DNA of 63,281 bases, counting the filler. It is 4 parts of 4 records of this genome, joined end to end, with 100 filler letters (N's around TTAATTAATTAA, not from the genome) between each part and the next. Parts side by side here need not be neighbours in the genome. Positions count along the whole stretch, not along the records: positions 1 to 16,230 come from SRR2962707_847; positions 16,331 to 42,214 come from SRR2962707_848; 2 more parts are not named here. The stretch is one strand, 5' to 3'. Position 1 is the stretch's first letter. Every line of letters begins with the position of its first letter. Shown piece by piece: positions 10,325 to 18,908 of this stretch. The position numbers and the translations under genes were made by a program. A model generated the notes under the pieces. It made no database searches and was not told where the DNA came from. It worked only from the letters and a program-made list of their open reading frames with translations.

Positions 10325-11368
10325 CTAACTATTAAATCCAAACTCTTCAACAAAATTTGCAATTAGCACAGGTACAGGATAATCTCTTACATTATCTACA
10401 GAAATCCCGTTTTTTAATTCGCTCTGCAAAGTTACAATCCAAAACTGAGTATATATATGTTGATGTGATAATTTATGAACTTTAGACTCCTCATTATACA
10501 AATTCACATCAAAAGTGTAGCCTTTTGTGTGTTTTAAAAAGTCTTCGTGCTTTATTAAATCGTCTATTTTTATTGCTGAAGAAGTTTCAATCAAAGGGAA
10601 TTCATATAAATTAAGCCATATATCCTTCTTTGTTCGCTGCTGAAGGACTGTTTTTTTATCATCCGTAATAATTAAATAATTAAAATATCTCTTTTTAACC
10701 TTCGTCTTTTTTAATTTAACAGGAAGTAAAGAAATTTCGTTCTTATTAAAAGCAACACATTTAGACTGAAGCTCACAAATACTACAATCTGGAGATTGAG
10801 GTTTACATTGCTTTGCTCCAAACTCCATTAATGCTTGGTTGTAAGTGCCTGGGTCTTGAGTATCTATTAATTCTTCTGCCAAAGATTTAAAATATTTAAC
10901 CCCTTCGGTACTATTAATTGGTAGATCTATCCCATAAAATCTAGCTAGAACCCTATATACATTCCCGTCTACAACAGGCGTTACTTCGTTATAACAAATA
11001 GAGGCAATAGCACTAGCCGTATAATCTCCCACTCCTTTTAGTTGTTTTAACTCCTTATAGTTATCAGGAAAGTTTCCATCAAATTCGAAAGCAACTTTTT
11101 TAGCTGTTGTATGTAAGTTTCTAGCTCTAGAATAGTAGCCAAGTCCTTGCCATAATTTCAAAACTTCTTCTTCCGAAGCCTGTGCAAGATCAAAAACTGT
11201 AGGATACTTTTCGGTAAACTTTAGGTAATAAGGGAGTCCTTGTTCCACTCTAGTCTGCTGAAGCATGATTTCAGAAAGCCATATATTGTACGGATTTTTG
11301 GTTGTTCTCCATGGTAAAATCCTTTTATTTTTATCATACCAATGCATGATAACGCCTTTAAAATCCAT
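10325..11368 (-). CDS. mutY: A/G-specific adenine glycosylase
   Basis: LPWR, SEIMLQQT, WQGLGYYSRARN, HhH-GPD and FeS Cys cluster; start placed at the ATG of MDFK. Confidence 0.96.
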   Translation of the reverse strand: MDFKGVIMHWYDKNKRILPWRTTKNPYNIWLSEIMLQQTRVEQGLPYYLKFTEKYPTVFDLAQASEEEVLKLWQGLGYYSRARNLHTTAKKVAFEFDGNFPDNYKELKQLKGVGDYTASAIASICYNEVTPVVDGNVYRVLARFYGIDLPINSTEGVKYFKSLAEELIDTQDPGTYNQALMEFGAKQCKPQSPDCSICELQSKCVAFNKNEISLLPVKLKKTKVKKRYFNYLIITDDKKTVLQQRTKKDIWLNLYEFPLIETSSAIKIDDLIKHEDFLKHTKGYTFDVNLYNEESKVHKLSHQHIYTQFWIVTLQSELKNGISVDNVRDYPVPVLIANFVEEFGFNS

Positions 11369-11453
11369 ATGTTTCTTTATCGTGTACAAAAATAATAGCT
11401 TTATTTAGTTAAATTTTAATTATTTACAGTTTATTTATTGGGTAATTAATTTA

Positions 11454-11461
11454 TATATTTG
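11454..11461 (+). promoter_or_regulatory. Bacteroidetes sigma-A -7 element (TAnnTTTG) upstream of the HU gene
   Basis: TATATTTG 40 nt before the start codon. Confidence 0.65.
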
Positions 11462-11501
11462 CATCCCCTAAATTTATAACACTGTAAACAAATATAAAAA
11501 A

Positions 11502-11792
11502 ATGACTAAAGCAGACATTGTAGCTAAGATTTCAGAGAAACTTGGCATGGAAAAGGGAGATGTACAGGCAACTGTTGAATCCTTTATGGAAGAGGTGAAA
11601 AACTCATTAGAAAGCGGTGATAATGTTTACCTAAGAGGTTTTGGTAGTTTCATTATCAAAACTAGAGCAGAAAAAACAGGAAGAAACATTTCTAAAAACA
11701 CAACTATTAAGATTCCTGCTCACAATATCCCAGCTTTCAAACCCGCAAAAGTATTTGTAGAGGGTGTTAAAACTAGCGTAGAAGTAAAATAA
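11502..11792 (+). CDS. HU/IHF family DNA-binding protein
   Basis: MTKADIV, LRGFGSF, KTGRNI, PAFKPAK. Confidence 0.95.
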   Translation: MTKADIVAKISEKLGMEKGDVQATVESFMEEVKNSLESGDNVYLRGFGSFIIKTRAEKTGRNISKNTTIKIPAHNIPAFKPAKVFVEGVKTSVEVK

Positions 11793-11817
11793 GTATTAAT
11801 ATAAAAAATTAAAGTCG

Positions 11818-11907
11818 ATGCCAAGCGGTAAAAAAAGAAAAAGACATAAGGTAGCTACGCATAAGCGTAAGAAAAGAAGAAGAGCTAACCGTCACAAGAA
11901 AAAGTAG
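11818..11907 (+). CDS. Small basic ribosomal protein, bS22-like (29 aa; below the ORF-track cutoff)
   Basis: Hand translation MPSGKKRKRHKVATHKRKKRRRANRHKKK*; resembles the bS22/mS38(AURKAIP1/COX24)-type peptide of Bacteroidetes ribosomes as recalled. Confidence 0.85.
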   Translation: MPSGKKRKRHKVATHKRKKRRRANRHKKK

Positions 11908-11931
11908 TTAGATAACTACTTTTTCTTTTTT
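11896..11931 (+). terminator. Intrinsic terminator overlapping the bS22 stop codon
   Basis: AAGAAAAAGTAGTTA-ga-TAACTACTTTTTCTT followed by T-run. Confidence 0.75.
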
Positions 11932-12099
11932 ATGTGATTGTATACTCATTATACAAACGTTCATTGAAAAAGAAATTTAATCTTAGCAAGAACGCTAGGG
12001 TAAATTTCGTTGGGTTTATTCAAAAAAACCTGTAGTAAAAATTTATTTCATTTTTTTTAGATGAAACAAATTTTATTGTTTAATCCATCAGTTTTGCAA

Positions 12100-12200
12100 T
12101 TTTAATTCCTATTAAGGGTATAATACTAAGCAATTTTGTTTATTTATAATACTTTTCCGCGGAAATCGTCGGAAAATTAAACCCTCTGTGAGGGAATTAA
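12100..12200. repeat. Inverted pair of dispersed-repeat termini in the RNase E/G leader
   Basis: TTTTAATTCCTATTAAGGGTATAAT (12100-12124) versus ATTAAACCCTCTGTGAGGGAATTAA (12176-12200). Confidence 0.55.
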
Positions 12201-12230
12201 AATATCAAAACAGATAAAAATTCATTCAGA

Positions 12231-13781
12231 GTGAATAAAGAATTAATTGTAAGATCTAGTTCCTCTGACGTTGATTTTGCCATATTAAAGGATGGAAAAC
12301 TTGTTGAATTACACAAGGAAGAAGAAAGTAGCGACTTCTCCGTGGGTGACATTATGCTTGCAAAAGTAAGAAAACCAGTTACTGGTTTAAATGCAGCTTT
12401 TGTAAATGTAGGATACGAAAAAGATGCATTTTTGCATTACCACGATTTAGGTCCACAATTGAGCTCCTTGTTGAAATTCATAAAACGTGTAAGCACAGGT
12501 AAATTAAAAGATTTCTCTTTAAAAGACTTCCCATTTGAAAAAGATATAGACAAGAATGGCGTAATAAACAACGTTTTAAAAGCCAATCAATCTATACTAG
12601 TACAAATTGTAAAAGAGCCTATTTCTACAAAAGGACCCCGAATTAGTTCTGAGCTATCTATAGCCGGAAGGTATTTGGTATTGGTTCCTTTTTCTGATCG
12701 AGTTTCTGTTTCTCAAAAAATAGAAAGTAAAGAAGAAAAAGATCGTTTAAAAAGGCTTGTACAAAGCATCCGCCCAAAAGGGTTTGGAGTGATTGTGCGA
12801 ACAGTGGCAGAAGGCAAAAAAGTCGCCGAACTAGACAAAGATTTAAACAACCTGTTAGCAAAATGGACAGCGTTGTGCAAAAAAATTTATAAGGCAAATT
12901 ATCCATCTAAAGTTTTAAGTGAAATGAATCGGGCAGCCTCTATTTTAAGAGATGTATTTAACGATGATTTTACTGGAATTTATGTAGATGACGAAACGCT
13001 TTATTTTCAAATTAAAGATTACTTGCATGAAATTGCACCAGAGAAAGAATCTATTGTAAAATTGTATGAATCAAATATTCCTATTTATGAAAAATATGGA
13101 GTTGAGAGACAAATAAAAACTTCTTTTGGACGAACCGTATCCTCCAGTAAAGGGGCGTATTTGGTTATAGAACACACCGAAGCATTACATGTTATAGATG
13201 TAAATAGCGGAAATCGTTCTAACAAAGCAAAGTCTCAAGAAGACACCGCCTTAGAGGTTAATCTAATTGCTGCTTCTGAAGTAGCACGCCAATTAAGATT
13301 ACGAGATATGGGAGGCATTATTGTTGTTGATTTTATAGATATGGCAAATGCCGACAATCGAAGACAACTATTCGACCATTTAAGAGAAGAAATGCGAGAC
13401 GATAGAGCCAAACACAAAATCCTACCTCCAAGTAAGTTTGGCCTCATACAAATTACTAGACAACGCGTAAGACCAGAAATGAATATTAAAACCCGTGAGG
13501 AAAATCCGAACGGAAATGGTGGTGAAATTGAAGCCCCAATTGTTTTAATAAACAAAATTACTTTCGATCTAGAACGCATCATGCAAAGCAAGAACAGTAA
13601 AAATGGAATTGTACTTAATACACACCCATTTATTGCTGCTTATTTAACAAAAGGATTTCCATCCGTACGTTCTAAATGGTTTTTAGAACATAAAAAATGG
13701 GTCAAGATTTTACCAAGAGATGCTTACACATATCTAGAATACCGCTTTAAAGATAAAGACGGTAATAATTTAAAATTTTAA
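12231..13781 (+). CDS. Rne/Rng family ribonuclease (RNase E/G)
   Basis: GTG start; S1 domain, KEPISTKGPR, IDVNSG, RQLRLRDMGGIIVVDFIDM. Confidence 0.96.
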   Translation: MNKELIVRSSSSDVDFAILKDGKLVELHKEEESSDFSVGDIMLAKVRKPVTGLNAAFVNVGYEKDAFLHYHDLGPQLSSLLKFIKRVSTGKLKDFSLKDFPFEKDIDKNGVINNVLKANQSILVQIVKEPISTKGPRISSELSIAGRYLVLVPFSDRVSVSQKIESKEEKDRLKRLVQSIRPKGFGVIVRTVAEGKKVAELDKDLNNLLAKWTALCKKIYKANYPSKVLSEMNRAASILRDVFNDDFTGIYVDDETLYFQIKDYLHEIAPEKESIVKLYESNIPIYEKYGVERQIKTSFGRTVSSSKGAYLVIEHTEALHVIDVNSGNRSNKAKSQEDTALEVNLIAASEVARQLRLRDMGGIIVVDFIDMANADNRRQLFDHLREEMRDDRAKHKILPPSKFGLIQITRQRVRPEMNIKTREENPNGNGGEIEAPIVLINKITFDLERIMQSKNSKNGIVLNTHPFIAAYLTKGFPSVRSKWFLEHKKWVKILPRDAYTYLEYRFKDKDGNNLKF

Positions 13782-13792
13782 AATATTTTTCT

Positions 13793-13836
13793 AAAACCAC
13801 GCCATTCAAATAACTATTTGTAAGCGTGGTTTTTTT
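13793..13836 (+). terminator. Intrinsic terminator after RNase E/G
   Basis: AAAACCACGC...GCGTGGTTTT plus T-tract. Confidence 0.8.
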
Positions 13837-13882
13837 ATTTACTCCACTAAAATTCAGGCTATTAAGTTGATTTTTAATAAAA

Positions 13883-14028
13883 TAAATTCCCTCGAAACAA
13901 GCCTACGAGGTATTCAATGGAGAATAATGTAATCCATTTCGATGTAGAGCTCTTCTGTAAACTCTGGACAAGCTTTGGACAAGCTTTGGACAAGCTTTGG
14001 AAAATAAAACCCTCAATGAGAGATTTAA
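13883..14028 (+). repeat. Dispersed intergenic MITE/REP-like repeat, full-length copy
   Basis: CCTCG..CGAGG hairpin, AATCCATTTCGAT, GAGC.CTT..GTAAACTCTGGACA, GGAAAATAAAACCCTCAATGAGAGATTTAA; matches 42110-42214, 22123-22246, 29644-29712 and 57403-57446. Confidence 0.85.
13965..14001 (+). repeat. 11-bp tandem repeat (TGGACAAGCTT)x3 plus TGGA, inside the dispersed repeat
   Basis: Read directly. Confidence 0.9.
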
Positions 14029-14116
14029 CTTTTGTTGATTCTTAAATTAACATGTGTTAATATTATTCTATAAACTATTAAATAACTTGCTCTTACTAAC
14101 AAAATTAAATTTAGTT

Positions 14117-15169
14117 ATGAGTCAGGTAAAAGCATATGCGGCATTGTCAAACGATGCAGATTTAATTCCCCATAAAATAGAACGTAGAAATACAAAAGAG
14201 AATGACGTAAAAATTGAAATAGATTTTTGCGGGGTTTGCCATAGTGATATCCACCAAGTACGAAACGATTGGAAAAACTCAAAATATCCTGTAGTTCCTG
14301 GTCACGAAATTATTGGTAGAGTTACAGAAATTGGATCCAAAGTAACAAAATTTAAAGTAGGAGATTTAGTAGGAGTAGGCTGCTTGGTTGATTCTTGCAA
14401 AGAGTGTAACTCTTGTAAAGAAGATCTAGAACAATATTGCGAAAATGGAGCAATACTAACTTACAATGGAAAAGATAAAGATTTGGGCGGGTATACCTTT
14501 GGAGGTTATTCTGAACAAGTAACTGTTAGAGAAGATTTTGTATTGAAAGTACCAGAAAATATAGATACAAAAGCTGCTGCACCACTTCTTTGTGCTGGAA
14601 TTACAACATGGTCACCACTACGAGAATGGAATGTTAAAAAAGGAGACAAAGTTGGCGTTATTGGCTTAGGAGGACTTGGACATATGGGAATAAAATTTGC
14701 TCATGCTTTAGGCGCAGAAGTTATTATGATTACCACTTCTCCAGAAAAAGCAACTGATGCAAAATCTTTGGGAGCTGATGATGTATTAATCTCTAAAGAC
14801 AACACCCAAATGCAAGAGCATGCAGCTAGTTTTGACTTTTTATTAAATACTATCCCTGTTGGCCATGATATTAATCCATACCTAGGGCTATTAAAAAGAG
14901 ATGGAACTATGGTATTAGTTGGTGCCATTGAGCCAATAGATCCTGTTCATGGTGGTGCATTAGTAATGGGCAGAAAACGTGTAGCTGGCTCAATGATTGG
15001 TGGTATTAAAGAAACTCAAGAGATGTTAGATTTCTGTGGAACGCATAATATTGTTTCCGATGTTGAGATGATAGACATCCAAAATATCAATACAGCTTTT
15101 GATAGGGTAGTAAAATCGGATGTAAAATACCGATTTGTTATTGATATGAAAAGCCTGAAAGAGGTATAA
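14117..15169 (+). CDS. Zn-dependent NAD(P)H alcohol dehydrogenase/aldehyde reductase (YahK/CAD family)
   Basis: CGVCHSD, PGHE, CxxCxxC, APLLCAGIT, GLGGLGHM, DVKYRFVID; start placed at MSQVK. Confidence 0.93.
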   Translation: MSQVKAYAALSNDADLIPHKIERRNTKENDVKIEIDFCGVCHSDIHQVRNDWKNSKYPVVPGHEIIGRVTEIGSKVTKFKVGDLVGVGCLVDSCKECNSCKEDLEQYCENGAILTYNGKDKDLGGYTFGGYSEQVTVREDFVLKVPENIDTKAAAPLLCAGITTWSPLREWNVKKGDKVGVIGLGGLGHMGIKFAHALGAEVIMITTSPEKATDAKSLGADDVLISKDNTQMQEHAASFDFLLNTIPVGHDINPYLGLLKRDGTMVLVGAIEPIDPVHGGALVMGRKRVAGSMIGGIKETQEMLDFCGTHNIVSDVEMIDIQNINTAFDRVVKSDVKYRFVIDMKSLKEV

Positions 15170-15182
15170 ACAATTCCCCCTT

Positions 15183-15223
15183 GACACTATCCCTTTAACT
15201 TACACACTTAAAGGGATAGTGTC
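15183..15223. terminator. Hairpin/terminator between convergent genes
   Basis: GACACTATCCCTTTAA...TTAAAGGGATAGTGTC perfect 16-bp stem. Confidence 0.8.
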
Positions 15224-15226
15224 TTA

Positions 15227-15658
15227 TTATTCAATCTCTTCAATCCATTCAACTTCATACCTATTTATATATCCATCTTTACTTTTTTCATATAAAAAAA
15301 TCCTTTCAAACACTTCACTATTAAATAACACTCTAACAACACCGTCTTTTTCATCTTTATTCATAAGTTCATTTCTTTTCTTTTCAGCCTGCTTTGTAAA
15401 AGAAAAAATATCAATTATATTTTCATCATCTAAACCTATGTTAGAGGTTTCTTCCATCACCTGTAGCTTTTTTGTTTTGAAATGCTCATTATTTATATAA
15501 AAATGTAACTCTCCTTCTTTTTCTACCTTTTGTAATCTTAGTTCTTCAGTATTATCACATAGATTGAATGACAAATGAATTGTTTCAATTTGTGCATTTA
15601 AAAAAATATATACCGGCATCATCAAAAATACGATTACAGTGATTAATAATTTTTCCAT
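15227..15658 (-). CDS. Secreted hypothetical protein (candidate partner/immunity protein)
   Basis: Signal peptide ending LNAQ; starts 1 nt after the stop of the HExxH gene; C-terminus YEVEWIEEIE. Confidence 0.7.
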   Translation of the reverse strand: MEKLLITVIVFLMMPVYIFLNAQIETIHLSFNLCDNTEELRLQKVEKEGELHFYINNEHFKTKKLQVMEETSNIGLDDENIIDIFSFTKQAEKKRNELMNKDEKDGVVRVLFNSEVFERIFLYEKSKDGYINRYEVEWIEEIE

Positions 15659-15659
15659 A

Positions 15660-16229
15660 TTAGTTACATGTTTTATTACCTGTCTTCTTATAATTGGTTA
15701 TAATACTTTCAATACGTTTCCTTTCTGTTTCTTGTAAATTACCCCAAGATGTTGTCTTGTGTAACCCTTCCCATGCTATATCTAAATAAAACTGCCTAGT
15801 ATGCTGGTTATTATCAAAATCCTGCAAAACATCTGCAATAGTTCCTCTATAATGAGCTGCCATTTGTTCATGCTGCCAATTTTTAATGTGCCTTTTGTAA
15901 TAATCATAAATTCCTGGGAAATCATTTACTGACACAACGCCACCTACAGACCTCACTTTTCTATATAATTCAGCATGAATAACCTCATGAGCAAAAGTTC
16001 GTGCCATGCCTAATATAGTACGATTCGGAATTACATTCCCATTAATCCTTATTTCAATGATATTTTGGTTACTATTATTAGTGACAGCGCTCGTTGTGTT
16101 AGGCAATTTATAATCCATCGAAAACCTCAAATGGCTTACAGGAAAATCGCCATCAAACTTTTGTATGGCATTTTTAAACTTATTACTTGTTATATTTAGT
16201 TTATCATACACACACTTGGCTTTACCTGT
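15660..16229 (-). CDS. C-terminal HExxH (zincin-like) domain of a larger protein, 5' truncated by contig end
   Basis: Frame open to the contig edge (TGKAKCVYDKL...); RTFAHEVIHAEL, HEQMA, AWEGL motifs. Confidence 0.75.
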   Translation of the reverse strand, partial: TGKAKCVYDKLNITSNKFKNAIQKFDGDFPVSHLRFSMDYKLPNTTSAVTNNSNQNIIEIRINGNVIPNRTILGMARTFAHEVIHAELYRKVRSVGGVVSVNDFPGIYDYYKRHIKNWQHEQMAAHYRGTIADVLQDFDNNQHTRQFYLDIAWEGLHKTTSWGNLQETERKRIESIITNYKKTGNKTCN

Positions 16230-16230
16230 A

Positions 16231-16330
16231 NNNNNNNNNNNNNNNNNNNNNNNNNNNNNNNNNNNNNNNNNNNNTTAATTAATTAANNNNNNNNNNNNNN
16301 NNNNNNNNNNNNNNNNNNNNNNNNNNNNNN
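16231..16330. other. Artificial contig spacer
   Basis: 100-nt N block with TTAATTAATTAA at 16275-16286. Confidence 0.99.
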
Positions 16331-16331
16331 T

Positions 16332-16517
16332 TATAAAGAAATAGCAGTAGCAGAAGTTCCACAAGCAATTCAAGAGGCACTTCAAGCTGATTATCCACAA
16401 GCTGAAATCACTAAAGCATATGTGAATGAAGAAAACACCTATAAATTAGAAGTAAAAATGGAAGACCAAACTGGAAACCTTTTTGCTAATGAAAGTGGTG
16501 AGTGGATAGAACAATAA
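16332..16517 (+). CDS. C-terminal part of a small PepSY-like/BLIP-like periplasmic protein (5' truncated)
   Basis: Hand translation YKEIAVAEVPQAIQEALQADYPQAEITKAYVNEENTYKLEVKMEDQTGNLFANESGEWIEQ*; followed by a terminator. Confidence 0.75.
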   Translation, partial: YKEIAVAEVPQAIQEALQADYPQAEITKAYVNEENTYKLEVKMEDQTGNLFANESGEWIEQ

Positions 16518-16539
16518 GAATCTGTTTTAGGTAGTCAGG

Positions 16540-16575
16540 AAAGTGTCTTTTCAATTTTGAAAAGGCACTTTTTTT
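16540..16575. terminator. Bidirectional intrinsic terminator
   Basis: AAAGTGTCTTTTCAA-tt-TTGAAAAGGCACTTT plus T-run. Confidence 0.85.
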
Positions 16576-17227
16576 ATTGAATTTTATAATCGTTTATTTT
16601 TAAAATTATCTTTCCAGACTTTACATCCATTTCTCTCATCTCTTTTTTATCAACTTCCATATTTTTAGCCAAATATTGGATAGGAAGTTTTATTTTTTCA
16701 ATTTCAAAACTGATAATAACTTCCTTTGGCAATATATCTTCTGTATCATTATAATCCATTAAAACAGTAAAAGTTCCATCTTTTTTGGTACTAATTTCAG
16801 ATTTTTTTATACGCTTTGAACTGGTATCAAGCCATAAAGTTGCAATGGCAAAATCTGCCTTTTTATCTGTAGGAATAATATTTATTTTTTTTGCTTGGAC
16901 ACCAGATACTTCTTCCACTCCTCTATTTACAGTAATAAAAGGGTACTTAAATAATTGCTGCATCGATAAATCCAACCCTCGCTTTGGAACCATTATAAAA
17001 TCTTCAGATTCAAACTGCATGGTCTTTCCTTTCTCAAAGTATATATCGGCATATTTTGTAGGCATATTTATAAAACTAATATCCACATCCAATTGCATTT
17101 TTGCTTGAAAGCCTTGTATACTATCTAAGCGTTCCTTTATTAACAATAAATCTTCATCTATTTCTTGAGCAATCACAAAATTAAGTCCTACAAATAGGTA
17201 TATAAAAAACAATAGTTTTTGCTTCAT
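16574..17227 (-). CDS. Secreted LolA-like/outer-membrane lipoprotein-sorting fold protein
   Basis: Signal peptide; GVEEVSG..AKKINIIP, TLWLD...RI pattern typical of LolA-like proteins (inference). Confidence 0.6.
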   Translation of the reverse strand: MKQKLLFFIYLFVGLNFVIAQEIDEDLLLIKERLDSIQGFQAKMQLDVDISFINMPTKYADIYFEKGKTMQFESEDFIMVPKRGLDLSMQQLFKYPFITVNRGVEEVSGVQAKKINIIPTDKKADFAIATLWLDTSSKRIKKSEISTKKDGTFTVLMDYNDTEDILPKEVIISFEIEKIKLPIQYLAKNMEVDKKEMREMDVKSGKIILKINDYKIQ

Positions 17228-18054
17228 CCTATATCTCTTTTATTAAAAATTAAAACACCAGCAACTAAAAAAGCAATTGTATACAAACCTAACACCAGCG
17301 TATTATGATAAATTATTTCCCACGGAATTTCTTCATAAAAAAAGTATTGCCATGAATTATTCAGTTTAGGAAAAAACCATTCATTATAAAAAACATTAGC
17401 TACTTCAAACTTCAGTAATAAATTAGTTACTATCAAAAAAAGTGCTGCTATAATCCATGTTTTTGTGGCCTCTTTAAATAAGATTGCTATTGTTAAACTC
17501 GCCACAGAAAAGAAAACCATAGACCCCATTCCCGCAATAAAAGCTAATTGTAATCTATATTGAGCATCCGAGGCTTTATAGAAATTGAGATTTCCCAAAT
17601 ACACTATTAAATCTCCTTTTCCGAAGAGTGCATATGATAAAATAAAAGAAGATATAGCTGTTAATAACACAACCAAAAGTGTGAAAAATATAGCTACAAT
17701 ATACTTACTGAGGATAAACTTCCATTTCTCAACAGGTTGTAACATTACTGTTTGTATGGTATTATCTTTATATTCTGTAGTTAACATTCCAGAAATGATA
17801 ATCATCAAAATAAGTGGCAAATGAAACCAAAGTGTATTGAGGATTAAATAGATTAGAAGATTTCCGTTTAAAAGATTTCCTTCAAAAAAAAACGAATCTT
17901 TTAAATTGCTTAATAATATATCTATAATTGTAGCTCCTTGATAATAGGCACCAATCAATACCAATAACTCAATTAAAAAAATGGCTCCTAACGCATAATA
18001 CGTTTTACTCTGTTTTAAAAGCTTATAAATTTCTGTGGCAAGAAGGTTTCTCAT
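17224..18054 (-). CDS. ABC-2 family transporter permease
   Basis: About six TM helices; EYKDNTI...QPVEK.KFILSKY; C-terminal FNKRDI. Confidence 0.9.
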   Translation of the reverse strand: MRNLLATEIYKLLKQSKTYYALGAIFLIELLVLIGAYYQGATIIDILLSNLKDSFFFEGNLLNGNLLIYLILNTLWFHLPLILMIIISGMLTTEYKDNTIQTVMLQPVEKWKFILSKYIVAIFFTLLVVLLTAISSFILSYALFGKGDLIVYLGNLNFYKASDAQYRLQLAFIAGMGSMVFFSVASLTIAILFKEATKTWIIAALFLIVTNLLLKFEVANVFYNEWFFPKLNNSWQYFFYEEIPWEIIYHNTLVLGLYTIAFLVAGVLIFNKRDIG

Positions 18055-18908
18055 AGGTTGGCTGACTCAAATAAGTTGTCAAAATTAATTTCTGGCACAC
18101 ATGCAGTTATATAAATATTCTCTTCGGTTAATTGTTGCAATAAATTTGGCACTTCCTGCTGAGAAATTAAAACCGTTGCACTATTCTTTTTTATTACTGA
18201 AGAAAACTGTTTTAAAGCAGTTGATTTTTCAATCCCCGAAGCATACACGGTGAACGAAGTTGTATTCTCTGCTATTATTTTTTGGGTTTCTCCATTGCTT
18301 ATAATAGCACCTTTATTGATTACATAGAGTGTATCACACAATTTACTTAATTCTTCAATAAGGTGAGAGGCTATTATTATTCCTATTTTTTCTTTGGTTA
18401 CCAATTCTAAAATTAACTTTCTAATAGCCTTTATTCCTATAGGATCTAATCCAGAAAAGGGTTCGTCCAATATTAAACATTCTGGATTATTAAGCAAGGA
18501 AATGGCTATGCCTAAACGCTGTTTCATTCCCATAGAAAAATTCTTTACTGGATCGGTTCTATCTAATGGCAATCCTACTTTTTGTAAGCTTTCTTCTATT
18601 TCTATTTTACCATAGTTTAATCCTTGGATTTTGGAAAACACTTTAATATTTTCCTTTGCATTAAGGTATTCATATAATGCAGGTTTTTCTATAATTCCGC
18701 CTAAAGGTTTTTCTTTTTCAGAATAAATTTTTAAGCTCCCACTATCTTGTTTTACTAATCCAAAGAGAATTTTAAATAAGGTTGTTTTTCCCGCACCATT
18801 TTTGCCAAGTAACCCTACAATTTCTCCAGCGCTACATGAAATATTTACATCTTTTAAAGCGACTACTTTTCCGTACTTTTTAGAAATTCTTTCTGCAGAT
18901 ATTATCAT
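18051..18908 (-). CDS. ABC transporter ATP-binding protein
   Basis: GKNGAGKTT, FSMGMKQRL, ILDEP, ASH. Confidence 0.95.
   Translation of the reverse strand: MIISAERISKKYGKVVALKDVNISCSAGEIVGLLGKNGAGKTTLFKILFGLVKQDSGSLKIYSEKEKPLGGIIEKPALYEYLNAKENIKVFSKIQGLNYGKIEIEESLQKVGLPLDRTDPVKNFSMGMKQRLGIAISLLNNPECLILDEPFSGLDPIGIKAIRKLILELVTKEKIGIIIASHLIEELSKLCDTLYVINKGAIISNGETQKIIAENTTSFTVYASGIEKSTALKQFSSVIKKNSATVLISQQEVPNLLQQLTEENIYITACVPEINFDNLFESANL

Noticed and set aside
13883-14028. CRISPR array interpretation of the repeats
   Set aside because: Copies are dispersed and divergent, the tandem units have no spacers, and no cas genes are present.
16275-16286. TTAATTAATTAA palindrome (also at 42259 and 57347)
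   Set aside because: Identical all-frame stop linker centred in 100-nt N blocks; an assembly concatenation artefact.
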